Source: Candidatus Sumerlaeota bacterium (GTDB taxonomy: Bacteria; Sumerlaeota; Sumerlaeia; MWCT01; JAUWMI01). From it: DNA of 64,000 nt. The stretch is taken from contig JAUWMI010000003.1 in NCBI GenBank assembly GCA_030613245.1, forward strand, positions 1,062-65,061. The letters run 5' to 3'. The stretch's first letter is position 1, and each line of letters opens with the position of its first letter. A program made the translations under genes and the position numbers. Below, piece after piece: positions 1 through 10,164 of the stretch. The notes beneath the pieces were generated by a model, which saw only the letters and a program-made list of their open reading frames with translations, had not been told where the DNA came from and ran no database searches.

Positions 1-458
1 ACGACTGGGGAACGCAGACGCAGATGGTGATTTCCCCACCTCTTTGGCGCAAGATTTTCCGGCCGTGCTACGAAGCCTTGTTTGATCAGGTGCGGGCCAA
101 AGGGCGCCTGATCTTCTTTCATAGCGACGGCTACATCCTTGATATCATCGGCGATCTGATTGATCTCGGCGTGAATGCGCTGAATTGTCAGGTGGCGTGT
201 ATGGGAGTACGAATGCTGGGAGAACGGTTCAGAAGGAAGGTATGCTTCTGGGGTGAGCTGGATCGGCAGCAGCAGCTGCCGCGAGGTGATCCTGATGGGA
301 TCAGGGCAGCAATTCGCGAGTCGGTGGAGTGCTTCAGCGCGGCAGAGGGCGGTCACATTTTTCAGGCCGAAGTGAACGCTGACGTCCCTCTCGTAAATAT
401 CCAGACCATGCTAGAGGGATGGCAGGAAATGGCCGACGTGCATCAGCAAGCATCGTGA
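1..458 (+). CDS. Partial CDS with the N-terminus outside the window. It encodes a uroporphyrinogen decarboxylase (URO-D) family protein, HemE/MtaA-like, C-terminal part only.
   Basis: The ORF is open from the window edge, with frame-compatible codons from position 3. The C-terminal region 'IFFHSDGYILDIIGDLIDLGVNALNCQ' resembles the URO-D/MtaA barrel C-terminus. Confidence 0.45.
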   Translation, partial: DWGTQTQMVISPPLWRKIFRPCYEALFDQVRAKGRLIFFHSDGYILDIIGDLIDLGVNALNCQVACMGVRMLGERFRRKVCFWGELDRQQQLPRGDPDGIRAAIRESVECFSAAEGGHIFQAEVNADVPLVNIQTMLEGWQEMADVHQQAS

Positions 459-577
459 GGGAGAGATTCCTCGTTGAGTAGGGACGTTAAATTTAAGGCC
501 CTTACCAGTACAGGTGTGGCACAACCCGGTATTCTGGATCTACGAAGGGCAGTGGTATCCCGGGGCTATCGCGGATC

Positions 578-2494
578 ATGAATAGCAAAGAATCATTAAA
601 ATCGAGGCGAGGGCCGAGCAGATTGCGGGCGGGATGGCTGGCGATCATTGCGGATGCAATCGTATTTCTGGGCTATTTCGCGAGTCTGAGTTTGCTCATT
701 CTCAGCCCGGCGAGCGGCTCTCATGAGCGTGTGGTGATGGTTCACCTTGTCATGAACGCGTTGCTTTTGCTGGTAGGGGTGAGGGTGTTACGCGAGCGGG
801 GCGAGCAAAGGCGAGTGTGTGCAATTGATGTGCTGATGATTTTCTTTGTTCTTAGTGCGGCGTTGAATGTGGTGGTAGCCGAAGTGAAACACGTGGCTCT
901 GATGCGTCTTCCACTGTATGTGGATTACGCCATTGCATATTGGGTGGGCTCGGTTGTATTTTCCCGGCGGGCCGGCGCCTTCTATGCGTTGATAGTCGGG
1001 TATAGCCTGTTGATTGGTGTGGCGTTTATTGCGACCTCCGGATCTGGAGCAGTGCTGCCTGTCTCTTTGCATATGCTTGGAATAGTAGGTGCGTTTTCTC
1101 TTGCCGGATTTCTGCTTGCCATTTGTGTACGGCCCTCTGCTGCGTGGTCACGCCTGGTCACGTGGTTACTTCTTGCTGGAGTGATAGGAATCGGGCTGGT
1201 GGATTATGCCACGACGTCAGGAGGGGCCTGGCAACATGGGACACAATCAGCCCAGAAACAGGCGTATTATAGCAGCTCCGTGGCAAGGGACATGTTTCAT
1301 GCCTCGCCGATTCTCGGATATGGAATCGGCAATTTCGAGCTTGTTGGCCGACGTTACAGCCCAGTTCCGACCACAGGCGGATTACATTTACGCAATAGCC
1401 ATCTTCTGGAGCTCATTGAGATGGGGGTAGTGGGGCTCATTGTAAAGTGGCTGGTGGTGATTTCGCTGCTGGTCTGGGCGTATCTGCGGCGTGTTCCTCG
1501 CAAGTGGTGGGAAGATGCGGTGTATTACCGGCTATCGTTTAGTGTAATCTGTGTTATGCTGGTAGACGCGTTCTGGTTTCCCACGTTTGCGGATGGTGCT
1601 TGCGGACTGCTATTCTGGGGAGTTGCTGGGGTGTTGGTGGGGAAATGCCTCGGGTTAAGACGAATTACGCCATCGGACGAAACTGCTACATCTCGTCCAT
1701 CGGAGGAGGGAGACCACACTGTTCTGGCCCATGAGAGTACTGGTGAGGAGCGGGAGGTATCGAGCCTTGATCGAGAGATGTTCACTCGCAGTATGCTTCC
1801 GCGCTCTGGTAGACGGCCTGTGCGGCGTTTATCCAGCGTGCGCAAATGGGCGAATATTTGCTTACTGGTTTGCGTAGTGGTGGTTCTTAGCATTGTAGAA
1901 TCGCTACCGGTTGTTGCGAATCGGCTCGCCCGGCTGAACCGAGGCGAAGCATTATGGAGTGAGAATTACGGGAAGCGTCTCGCTTTGGCCGCTTATCTGA
2001 TGCCGTATGATCCGACTTATCAGATGAAACTGGCTATTCATTATCACGCACTGATTGAGCATACGGGCGAAGCCGCGGTCTACATGCCGTGGATTGCCCA
2101 TGCCTATGAGCGGGCTGCGGAGCTAAACCCGTATGAGGAGGAGCCCGCAGTGCAGCTCGCGCGGTTTTTCCATGTAGCAGGGGATTATCTTTCGACGATC
2201 CACAGTCTGGAGGGTAGCCTTGTGTACCTGCCAATGTCGCCAGAGCTGCATGCCTGGCTGATACGGGCCTACATTGAGGCGGGTCATTATGAGAGGGCGC
2301 TGGAAGGATTGCAGCAATTGAGTGTGTTAATGCCTGCTAATGCATCTGTTCATGCGAAAATGGAAGCGCTGTATGAGAACATCGGAGAGTACCGCGCAGC
2401 GCTACGGGAGGCGTACTATGTGATTCAGAAAAATCCAACTGCCGTTGAGATGTGGGATAAAGTCCGGTATCTCAAACTTCGGGTGGCGTATTGA
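578..2494 (+). CDS. Polytopic membrane protein of the O-antigen ligase/Wzy-like type, with a C-terminal TPR repeat domain.
   Basis: 638 aa. The N-terminal ~350 aa are highly hydrophobic with multiple predicted TM helices. The C-terminal ~200 aa have TPR-like helical repeats (AAYLMPYDPTYQMKLAIHYHAL...). O-antigen-ligase-plus-TPR fusions are a known architecture. Confidence 0.45.
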   Translation: MNSKESLKSRRGPSRLRAGWLAIIADAIVFLGYFASLSLLILSPASGSHERVVMVHLVMNALLLLVGVRVLRERGEQRRVCAIDVLMIFFVLSAALNVVVAEVKHVALMRLPLYVDYAIAYWVGSVVFSRRAGAFYALIVGYSLLIGVAFIATSGSGAVLPVSLHMLGIVGAFSLAGFLLAICVRPSAAWSRLVTWLLLAGVIGIGLVDYATTSGGAWQHGTQSAQKQAYYSSSVARDMFHASPILGYGIGNFELVGRRYSPVPTTGGLHLRNSHLLELIEMGVVGLIVKWLVVISLLVWAYLRRVPRKWWEDAVYYRLSFSVICVMLVDAFWFPTFADGACGLLFWGVAGVLVGKCLGLRRITPSDETATSRPSEEGDHTVLAHESTGEEREVSSLDREMFTRSMLPRSGRRPVRRLSSVRKWANICLLVCVVVVLSIVESLPVVANRLARLNRGEALWSENYGKRLALAAYLMPYDPTYQMKLAIHYHALIEHTGEAAVYMPWIAHAYERAAELNPYEEEPAVQLARFFHVAGDYLSTIHSLEGSLVYLPMSPELHAWLIRAYIEAGHYERALEGLQQLSVLMPANASVHAKMEALYENIGEYRAALREAYYVIQKNPTAVEMWDKVRYLKLRVAY

Positions 2495-2525
2495 GTTACT
2501 GTACGTTTTCCTCGAGTGCGTGGCC

Positions 2526-2747
2526 TCAAAGAACGGCTTCAACGCGTTCAACTTCTGGGACCGATTCCTTGAGTTTTCGTTCCACGCCCATGCGTAGGGT
2601 CATCTGAGCGCCCGGGCACCCAGCACAGGCGCCTTTCAGGCGCACATGCACGACCTTGTCTTCAATTTTCACCAACTCGATATCTCCCCCATCAGCCTGG
2701 AGTAAGGGCCGAATCTCCTCGATAGCCTGTCGAACTTTTTCTTCCAT
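2526..2747 (-). CDS. NifU-like Fe-S cluster assembly domain protein (Nfu-type).
   Basis: 73 aa with the GACAGCPG CxxC motif. The 'VVHVRLKGACAGCPGAQMTL' region is typical of the NifU C-terminal domain. Confidence 0.8.
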   Translation of the reverse strand: MEEKVRQAIEEIRPLLQADGGDIELVKIEDKVVHVRLKGACAGCPGAQMTLRMGVERKLKESVPEVERVEAVL

Positions 2748-3010
2748 TGGTTTGTCTCCCTTGATTTGATCCGAATGAGAGTTACATGAGGTATCCTTAC
2801 GCTACCGTTGACCGTGGGGTATGTGAGCTATTTCGCGTTCTGAAAGGCTTGGCATTTCGTTCTTTGCCGGTGTCGTGATGTTTGTTGCTTGTCAGTACAG
2901 CTTCTTGAGATAGAACCCCCATGCCTTCGCCGGAAAAATTTTTATTTTTCAAATTTCCCCACGGCACATTTTTCTATTTTCCAGGCGAAACCGGAAAAAA
3001 CAAGGGTTTT

Positions 3011-4111
3011 TTAACTGCCTCCGTCACTTTTTTTGGCTTTTACGATTTCCAATTTCAGCACTACCAGCCCTTTGTCCCAGTCTGCTACTAATATATAGGG
3101 AAGTTTGACGGCGATGCCGGTAGCATTTCCGGGGGTATCGTAATGAGCGAGCAGCGTCGGGGAGGTTGGGACTTCAATATCATAGAGATCAAGCCCTTCT
3201 TTGTCGCGTGTCATCAATAAGAGGTTTTGAAGCAGGTAGATGTCTTTGATTGAGCCGGAGTGTATGAGAATTTTCGCCACAGGTTTTGGATGAAGTGGAT
3301 CGCTAACCTCAATGATTATAATACCGCGGCGTCTGTTGCAAACAAAGGCAAGCGAGTTGCTGATCCTCACGGTATCACAAAAACCGCCGACAGAGAAAGA
3401 TTTCAGCAATTTGGGCTGAATCGGATCGGTTAGATCGAGGATTTTGAATGCATCGTCGTAGGAATCTGCCAGGTAGGCGTAGTGGCCTGAGATCTCGGCC
3501 ATTTTCGTGTAGTTGACGTCACTAAACCGCCCGATTTCCTGGAGCCGATTGCCCTTGACTTCCTTGATAACGGCTATGCCTTCTCCGCCGCAGCATGCGT
3601 AGATCAGATCGTCGTGCAGCACAAGTGAGGTTGTGATCCCGGGAACCTGAAGCGAGGCTGTTCGCCTGGGGTCAGCAGGCTTGCTGATATCAAAGAGCTG
3701 GACACCGTAGAAGCGGTCAGCAACATACAACCGATTTCCCTTTACCACGAGCGAGAGGGGATAGAGGCCAGTGGCCACATGGCGGAGGAGCTCAATCTGC
3801 TCAATATCGGAGATATCCAATACAGCCATGCCACCCATGTTCAGCGCCACGAAAGCGTGGTTGCCCTGAATGGCAATGTGGCGAGCCGTTCCTGGCAAAG
3901 GGAAGGTTGTAACATGAAGCAGCTGGTACTGGGGTTTGGGCTGTGACGTTGGATTTGTGTTGAGGTAAGGAAGCGACGTTGCATCAGGCCACGCTTCATG
4001 ACGGAGGCAGGCCCAGATTGTGAACAGGCCAACTGCCAACAAGGCTGGAGTAAGGCGCCTGTAGATTTTCTTAATGCTCTGAAGCAACATCTCGAAACAT
4101 ACTGTTAGCAT
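3011..4111 (-). CDS. Secreted LVIVD-repeat beta-propeller protein.
   Basis: 366 aa with an N-terminal hydrophobic signal/anchor. There are seven or more repeats of the form hydrophobic-YVAD/YLAD...G(L/I)x(V/I)(L/I)D(I/V)(S/T)(D/N)P (e.g. RLYVADRFYGVQLFDISKPADP, AYLADSYDDAFKILDLTDPIQP), which is the LVIVD repeat signature. Confidence 0.6.
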   Translation of the reverse strand: MLTVCFEMLLQSIKKIYRRLTPALLAVGLFTIWACLRHEAWPDATSLPYLNTNPTSQPKPQYQLLHVTTFPLPGTARHIAIQGNHAFVALNMGGMAVLDISDIEQIELLRHVATGLYPLSLVVKGNRLYVADRFYGVQLFDISKPADPRRTASLQVPGITTSLVLHDDLIYACCGGEGIAVIKEVKGNRLQEIGRFSDVNYTKMAEISGHYAYLADSYDDAFKILDLTDPIQPKLLKSFSVGGFCDTVRISNSLAFVCNRRRGIIIIEVSDPLHPKPVAKILIHSGSIKDIYLLQNLLLMTRDKEGLDLYDIEVPTSPTLLAHYDTPGNATGIAVKLPYILVADWDKGLVVLKLEIVKAKKSDGGS

Positions 4112-4218
4112 AGCTCTTAGGTATTGACAATATAAAATGAAGATATTAAGGAGAGTTTGCTTTTCGTACCTATGGGATTGAGCTTCATTATACTGGATTT
4201 TGCCTGTGAGGTGTACTT

Positions 4219-4680
4219 ATGGCTGCCAGACAAGGCCAACGGCGCGAGACTCACAAAGCTGTCATGTGGGGTCAGGTGATTCTGAGCTGGCTAATTCCCG
4301 GGAGTGGCTTTGTGCTGCGTAAGCACTATGCACGAGGAGTCGTTTTGTTTTTGCTGATAAATGTAACGTTTATGATCGGAGTGCTGCTGCATGGAGCGGT
4401 TGTGTGGCCGATCTGGAATCGGCACATCGAAGGCTTTAATATTGTGAATAACCTGACTTTCATAATTCAGCTTGGGAATGGGCTTTTAAGCTTGCTCAGC
4501 CTGGTGGGTCACTCGCTTGGGCCGAATGGAGTACTTACTGGCAAAGAGTGGCATGCGTATTTTGACTTGGCGTCTTTCTACTTGCTCGTATCTGGTGGCA
4601 TGAATTACTTTGTCGTTTGTCATTTTTGTGATCGGTTTTCCGGAAGGGCCAAAGACAAAAGTTCGGGCAAGTCCGCCTGA
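4219..4680 (+). CDS. Hypothetical integral membrane protein.
   Basis: 153 aa ORF with 3-4 hydrophobic helices and no recognisable family motif. Confidence 0.35.
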   Translation: MAARQGQRRETHKAVMWGQVILSWLIPGSGFVLRKHYARGVVLFLLINVTFMIGVLLHGAVVWPIWNRHIEGFNIVNNLTFIIQLGNGLLSLLSLVGHSLGPNGVLTGKEWHAYFDLASFYLLVSGGMNYFVVCHFCDRFSGRAKDKSSGKSA

Positions 4681-5071
4681 GGCGGACAGTTCCACACGGG
4701 GGTAGGAGATGTCGCTTGGTATAGTAAACATCCTGTCGTTATTATACTTATCTATGGTCGTGGCACTGGTTCTCAGTATCAGCGAGCACGAGGAGATACG
4801 GCCTATTTTACGGGCAACGTTGCGGCGCTGGGGGTTAGGGGTGGGACTACTGATTGGCTTTGGGATACTTGTTTATTTGCTGGGCAACTTGTAGAATGGT
4901 AGAATGGCAGAAAGGCGGGTCTCTGAGGGCGCCAATTGTGAAAAATTGTGAAGTAAGACCAAAAAATCTTCTTGACATCAAGGAGACACGAGGGTAAAAA
5001 TCGGTCATAAGAAAATTGGCATCGGTCAATGTAGTGAGGAAGTAAATTTTAAAGAGAAAGGAGGGATAAGT

Positions 5072-5743
5072 ATGAAAAAAATGAGAGGATTCACTCTCAT
5101 TGAGCTCCTCATCGTCGTGGCGATCATTGCGATTTTGGCAGCTATCGCAATACCGAACTTTCTGGATGCCCAGATTAGGTCAAAAGTATCGCGTGTCAAG
5201 ACAGATCAGCGCTCATTGGCAACAGGATTGGAAGCCTATTTCGTTGATTCTAACTCATATGTGGCCTATGCTGTGGGCGACCAGGGTGCAAATGGTTTTG
5301 CGATGCCCGCTCCAGGGGCTGGTAATGACCAAGTCGGGGCTACTTTGATTTATACCTTCCGGGTCCATACACCAGGAAATGAATATTTCCACACACTCAC
5401 CACCCCGATTGCGTACATGACCAGCTTTATTCGCGATCCTTTCGCGGATACGAAAATGTCTGGCTTTGGCTACTACTGCGATATCAGTGGTTGGATTATC
5501 ACTAGCTATGGTCCGGACACAGACGAAAACTGGGCTGCTTCGTCGGGTGCCAGTAAAGTGCCGGGTGACCTTCGGATGACAAATAACGAACCCGAGGTGG
5601 AGACCGTTTACACCAGCATGCATTCACAGCCAACATTGACGCTGCAGTGCCTGTTCAGTGCGCATGCGCCGGGAGAAGCCTTTACGTATGACCCAACCAA
5701 TGGAACTATTAGCCCGGGCGATGTTTATCGGGTGAAGCAGTAA
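5072..5743 (+). CDS. Prepilin-type N-terminal cleavage/methylation domain protein, a GspG/PulG-like type II secretion pseudopilin paralog.
   Basis: Canonical class-III signal 'MKKMRGFTLIELLIVVAIIAILAAIAIPNF' (G|FTLIE with Glu+5). The C-terminus has 'GPD...YDPTNGTISPGDV', shared with the three paralogs in this window. A strong RBS (GGAGGG) lies upstream. Confidence 0.85.
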   Translation: MKKMRGFTLIELLIVVAIIAILAAIAIPNFLDAQIRSKVSRVKTDQRSLATGLEAYFVDSNSYVAYAVGDQGANGFAMPAPGAGNDQVGATLIYTFRVHTPGNEYFHTLTTPIAYMTSFIRDPFADTKMSGFGYYCDISGWIITSYGPDTDENWAASSGASKVPGDLRMTNNEPEVETVYTSMHSQPTLTLQCLFSAHAPGEAFTYDPTNGTISPGDVYRVKQ

Positions 5744-5789
5744 GTGTAGCATCTGTTGGTGTTATAGACGGTTGATTGTATCTTCCAGG

Positions 5790-5823
5790 CAGACTGAGCT
5801 ACTCAGTCTGTCTGTTTTTTTTT
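5790..5823 (+). terminator. Rho-independent terminator downstream of the pseudopilin gene.
   Basis: Hairpin cagactgag-ctac-tcagtctg followed by an 11-nt T-run. Confidence 0.7.
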
Positions 5824-6067
5824 ATCTATTCCTACCTTGCACAAGTAGTTTACGCACCACATTGAACGTAGTCATCAAAACCTAGTTTAATCCGGTGTTG
5901 AAACGTTCTTTTCTCCAGCTGGTTTCAAGGCGGGATTATATGTGCTCTTAATTGGGAATTCGCAACATGGAAGATTGTTTATCCAGGGAATGAGGCCAAA
6001 AGGTATGCGTTGCATGGCTCTGGGGTGTTGCACATGGACGTGATGAAAAGCGAAGAGGCAAATGGGA

Positions 6068-6763
6068 TCAACCCTGCTTATTATACTCAGCCAGCACTTT
6101 CTTCAGATCGTTCCAGACGGTCTGGCGATTTGCGGGGTGGTAGAGGAGGCTGGCGGGATGATAGGTAGGAATCAGTGGAATATGGTGATACAAATAGCGA
6201 TTGCCCCTGAGTTTGGATATGGTAGCCGAGGTGCGCAGTAGTGTTTGGGCGGCATATCTCCCAAGGGTGCATATGACTCGCGGTTTAAGAATGTCGAGCT
6301 GTTGAACCAGGTAGTCTTCGCAGGCGGCAACTTCGTCGGCTTGCGGATCGCGATTATTCGGAGGACGACACTTTATGACGTTGCAGATGAAGACGTCGCG
6401 TCGGGTCAAGCCCATCTGCTCGATGAACTTAGTCAGAATATTGCCTGCGGCACCTACAAATGGCCGGCCTTGCAGGTCTTCGTTCTCGCCCGGAGCTTCT
6501 CCGACGAATACTACCCCGGCGTTGGGATTCCCTTCCCCAAAGACCACGTGGTTACGCGTTTTCGCCAGTCTGCACTTCACGCAGTGTTCGACCTTGGAGC
6601 GCAGCTGTTCAAGTCGTCTGCGTTTCGCTTCTGGAGATGGAGACTCAGAGACGCCAACAAAGTGCGACCCGGTGGCTTTCAGAAATGCAAGATAGTTTTT
6701 AAGGTCTCGAACGATTTTGCGGGGCGATGATGAGGATGAACTCTTCATGATGTTGCAGACCAT
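6068..6763 (-). CDS. Uracil-DNA glycosylase family 4 (phage SPO1 DNA polymerase-related type).
   Basis: Motifs 'GEGNPNAGVVFVGEAPGENED' and 'GRPFVGAAGNILTKF...VFICNVIKCRPPNNRDP' match the family-4 UDG signatures (GEAPG, xGxAG). Confidence 0.85.
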   Translation of the reverse strand: MVCNIMKSSSSSSPRKIVRDLKNYLAFLKATGSHFVGVSESPSPEAKRRRLEQLRSKVEHCVKCRLAKTRNHVVFGEGNPNAGVVFVGEAPGENEDLQGRPFVGAAGNILTKFIEQMGLTRRDVFICNVIKCRPPNNRDPQADEVAACEDYLVQQLDILKPRVICTLGRYAAQTLLRTSATISKLRGNRYLYHHIPLIPTYHPASLLYHPANRQTVWNDLKKVLAEYNKQG

Positions 6764-6808
6764 AGGAGCAGTTTGCAGTGTAATGCGACCATAGAGGAGG
6801 GGCAGGCA

Positions 6809-7909
6809 CTAAAATCCACCAATAATTCTGGAACGATCGTCACCTGCATATCCTCCGCCGACAATGCGTTTAAATGCTGGCACATCCTCGGCATTTATCA
6901 TTCCGGTTTCCAGGGTGATGAGCTTCTTGTTGTACAGATCGACTAATGATTGATCAAATGTTTGCATTCCCTCGCCGCGGTTTTTGATCACCTGCACCAT
7001 ATCGTCAACTCGATCTTCGCGCATGAGCTTTCGGACAATGTCGTTGACGATCATGATTTCTACGCAAGGAACCTGGCCTTGATTATCCGTGGCAGGGATA
7101 AGCCGCTGGGAGATTACGGCCTTCAGTGCGATGCCAAGGTCGGAGCGCAGGAGGTGCTGCTCGTCGGTGGGGAAGTAATTGATGATGCGGTTTACGGTCT
7201 GAACCGCGTTGATGGTGTGCAGAGTGCTAATGACGAGATGACCGGTCATGGCAGCGCGGATGGCGTTGGTAATAGTCTCGCGGTCGCGCATTTCGCCAAT
7301 GAGAATGACGTCCGGATCCTGGCGGAGTGTGTGGCGCAGGCTCTGCTCGAACGAGCGAGCATCTATGCCGATCTCTCGCTGCTCGATTAAGCTCATCTTG
7401 TCCTTGTGGAGAAATTCAATTGGGTCTTCGATGGTAATGATATGCTCTTTGCGGGTGGAGTTGATATAATCCACAATGGCAGCCATTGTGGTAGACTTGC
7501 CTGTGCCGGTCGGGCCGGTAATAAGGATCATGCCACGACGGTATTCTGATATTTTACTGAGAACTGGTGGGAGAGTGAGATCGTCAAAGCTCAAATGTTC
7601 GTACTGAAGACGTCGCAATGAAAGACTGAGCGTGCCTCGTTGATAGAAAGCGTTTGAGCGGAATCGGGTAGTGTTGTCAATGCTGAAAGCGAAGTCAACG
7701 GAGCCATCACGCTTGAGAAATTCCTGGAGCTTGTTCGGGACGATTTTTTCCACAATGGCGGCCACTTCTTCCTTGGTGAGAGGAGGATGCTTGATCGGCA
7801 CCAGCTCCCCGTTCACACGGTAGATCGGGACCGCACCGGTTTTGAGATGGATGTCAGATGCATTCATTGTCTCCATTTGTTTGAGCAGCTCGCTGAAATT
7901 AACGGCCAT
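6809..7909 (-). CDS. pilT: Type IV pilus retraction ATPase of the PilT/PilU family.
   Basis: 366 aa. Walker A 'GPTGTGKST', Asp-box and His-box context 'ILIGEMRDRETI', typical PilT length and layout. Confidence 0.85.
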   Translation of the reverse strand: MAVNFSELLKQMETMNASDIHLKTGAVPIYRVNGELVPIKHPPLTKEEVAAIVEKIVPNKLQEFLKRDGSVDFAFSIDNTTRFRSNAFYQRGTLSLSLRRLQYEHLSFDDLTLPPVLSKISEYRRGMILITGPTGTGKSTTMAAIVDYINSTRKEHIITIEDPIEFLHKDKMSLIEQREIGIDARSFEQSLRHTLRQDPDVILIGEMRDRETITNAIRAAMTGHLVISTLHTINAVQTVNRIINYFPTDEQHLLRSDLGIALKAVISQRLIPATDNQGQVPCVEIMIVNDIVRKLMREDRVDDMVQVIKNRGEGMQTFDQSLVDLYNKKLITLETGMINAEDVPAFKRIVGGGYAGDDRSRIIGGF

Positions 7910-7980
7910 AAATCATCACCTCTATTTCTGGAAGAAAATATTGTAAAATGCAATTTCTAATTTGCAATTTACAATTCAAC

Positions 7981-9255
7981 TCAGGATTTCCGTTTTTGCT
8001 TTTTCTTGGCCACGGGCTTTATTAGTAATGCTAGCTTATCCATGACGTGCGCGGCAACCTCTATTTTCGTCATGCGAGGAAGCGACTGGGTTGTGCCCTG
8101 TTTGTAAATAAGAGTTACTTTATTGAAATCGGACTGAAACCCCGAGTCTGACTGGCCTACGATGTTGGCGACGATCATATCAAAGCCTTTCGCGGCCAGT
8201 TTCTGTTTTGCCTGCCGCACGAGATCGCGAGTTTCTGCAGCGAAGCCGACGACAATCTGGTGTGGTGATTTCTTCTTGCAAACGGCGGCAGCGATATCGG
8301 GATTTGGGACAAGCACGGTGTGGAGGGAGGCGGAGGATTTTTTTCGTTTTTGCGGCTCCTGACTTGCCGGGCGGTAGTCTGAAACGGCTGCAGCAAGGAT
8401 GATGGCATCTGCTGTTTTGAGGCGTTTCATGACGGCCTGATGCATCTCGCGAGCAGTAATTACGCGGCGCACCATAATCCCTGGAGGATCGGGAAGGCTT
8501 GTGGGCCCTGAGATGAGGGTTACCTGGGCGCCACGGCGTGTCGCCTCCTCAGCGAGCGCATAGCCCATTTTGCCCGATGAAGGATTGGAAAGGTAGCGCA
8601 CGGGATCGAAGTATTCATGCGTTGGCCCTGCAGTGACAAGGATGCGATGTCCTGCCAGCGCAGTGCAGTGGCTGAAATATGAGGAAATGACTTCGAGAAT
8701 TCTTTCTGGCTCCTCCAGGCGGCCAATGCCTTTCTCTCCACTGGCCAGAAAGCCGGTTTGCGGTGGAATCTGGCGAATACCGCGCCCTGCCAGCTGGCGC
8801 AGGTTCTCCTGCACAATGGGATGTGTATACATGGTGCTGTTCATCGCGGGTGCAATGAAGGTGGGCCCTTGAAAGGAGAGGAACAGAGTAGATAAGGAGT
8901 CGTCGGCAATCCCCTGGGCGAATTTGCCAATAATATTGGCTGTGGCAGGGGCAACCAGGAGTAGGTCGCCCCACTCGCTGAGGGCGATGTGTTCCATCTC
9001 CCATCCATGTTCGCGGCTGAAGAGACCAGTATAGACCGGATGTCGGGACATGGCTTCAAATGTGATTGGTGCCACAAGTTTCGTGGCAGCATGAGTCATG
9101 ACGACCTTGACGTCTGCGCCTTGTTTGCGAAACAGGCTGCACAGGTCAAGGGCTTTGTAGATGGCAATGCTCCCCGAGACGCCGAGGATGATGTGTTTCT
9201 CTTTAAGCATCGGGAGTGTGGCTTTCGTGTTTTGTTTTCCATGCCTTGATTTCAT
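7981..9255 (-). CDS. coaBC: Bifunctional phosphopantothenoylcysteine decarboxylase / phosphopantothenate-cysteine ligase.
   Basis: 424 aa. N-terminal flavoprotein motif 'ILGVSGSIAIYKALDLCSLFRKQGADVKVVMT' and a C-terminal CoaB-like domain. It sits in the conserved neighbourhood with gmk and yicC. Confidence 0.9.
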   Translation of the reverse strand: MKSRHGKQNTKATLPMLKEKHIILGVSGSIAIYKALDLCSLFRKQGADVKVVMTHAATKLVAPITFEAMSRHPVYTGLFSREHGWEMEHIALSEWGDLLLVAPATANIIGKFAQGIADDSLSTLFLSFQGPTFIAPAMNSTMYTHPIVQENLRQLAGRGIRQIPPQTGFLASGEKGIGRLEEPERILEVISSYFSHCTALAGHRILVTAGPTHEYFDPVRYLSNPSSGKMGYALAEEATRRGAQVTLISGPTSLPDPPGIMVRRVITAREMHQAVMKRLKTADAIILAAAVSDYRPASQEPQKRKKSSASLHTVLVPNPDIAAAVCKKKSPHQIVVGFAAETRDLVRQAKQKLAAKGFDMIVANIVGQSDSGFQSDFNKVTLIYKQGTTQSLPRMTKIEVAAHVMDKLALLIKPVAKKKQKRKS

Positions 9256-9290
9256 TTGCCTTTTCCCCTAACCGACAAACCGACAAACTG

Positions 9291-9932
9291 TCATGAGACC
9301 TCATTTTCAGACGGCTTGATGATGCTGTTGCCAACGGCGACAGTGAGTCGCGAGGTGCGCGCTCGCTCGGCGCGAATGATGGCTTTCGCTGTCTCAATGG
9401 TCTCATCGAGAGCATCATTTACAATTACATAATCGTACTTGCCTGTATGTTCTATCTCTTTGCGACCATTGGACAGGCGTACCTGAATTATCTCTTCGCT
9501 ATCGAGTTTTCGTTCGCGTAGCCGCTTTTTCAGCTCCGCGAGGCTTGGGGGTAGTAAGAATATAATCACCGCATCGGGTGACAGGCGTTTCACGTTTAGG
9601 GCACCCTGAACATCCAGGTCCAGCAGGACATCTCTACCTTTACTGAGCTTTTCTGCAATGAGATCTTTCCGGGTGCCGTAAAGGTAATTGTGTACCCATG
9701 CCCATTCGTAGAATTGGTTTTCTTTGATCATCCGCTTGAATTCCTCTTCAGTGACGAACCAGTACGACTGGCCATGCACTTCCCCTGAGCGTGGTGGGCG
9801 GGTGGTGGCCGATACGGAGTAATCCAGCGTGTCGTCTGAAGAGAGCAGAGCGCGCAGTATGGTTGATTTCCCGCCACCAGAGGGGGCAGAGACAACAAAT
9901 AAAATACCATTTCGACTGAGGGTAATGGTCAT
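9291..9932 (-). CDS. gmk: Guanylate kinase.
   Basis: P-loop 'SAPSGGGKST' and the motif 'YSVSATTRPPRSGEVHGQSYWFV'. Confidence 0.9.
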   Translation of the reverse strand: MTITLSRNGILFVVSAPSGGGKSTILRALLSSDDTLDYSVSATTRPPRSGEVHGQSYWFVTEEEFKRMIKENQFYEWAWVHNYLYGTRKDLIAEKLSKGRDVLLDLDVQGALNVKRLSPDAVIIFLLPPSLAELKKRLRERKLDSEEIIQVRLSNGRKEIEHTGKYDYVIVNDALDETIETAKAIIRAERARTSRLTVAVGNSIIKPSENEVS

Positions 9933-10164
9933 GATGTCTGCGTTAGATTTTTCACGGATATTGTTATCAAGCCATAAGGGTGTTTTGTTTAAACACCGCC
10001 ACAGAGATCATCAGAGAATAATTCGTGCCATTCGTGTACTTGTAAAACGCAGTTAACACGAATGGGAACGAATGAAAACAAATTCCACGAATTAACTCCC
10101 TTTGCAGGGAAAACTGGATACTACTAAACGTATTCTGGACTGGGAAAATAGACTCGGCTTTTTC

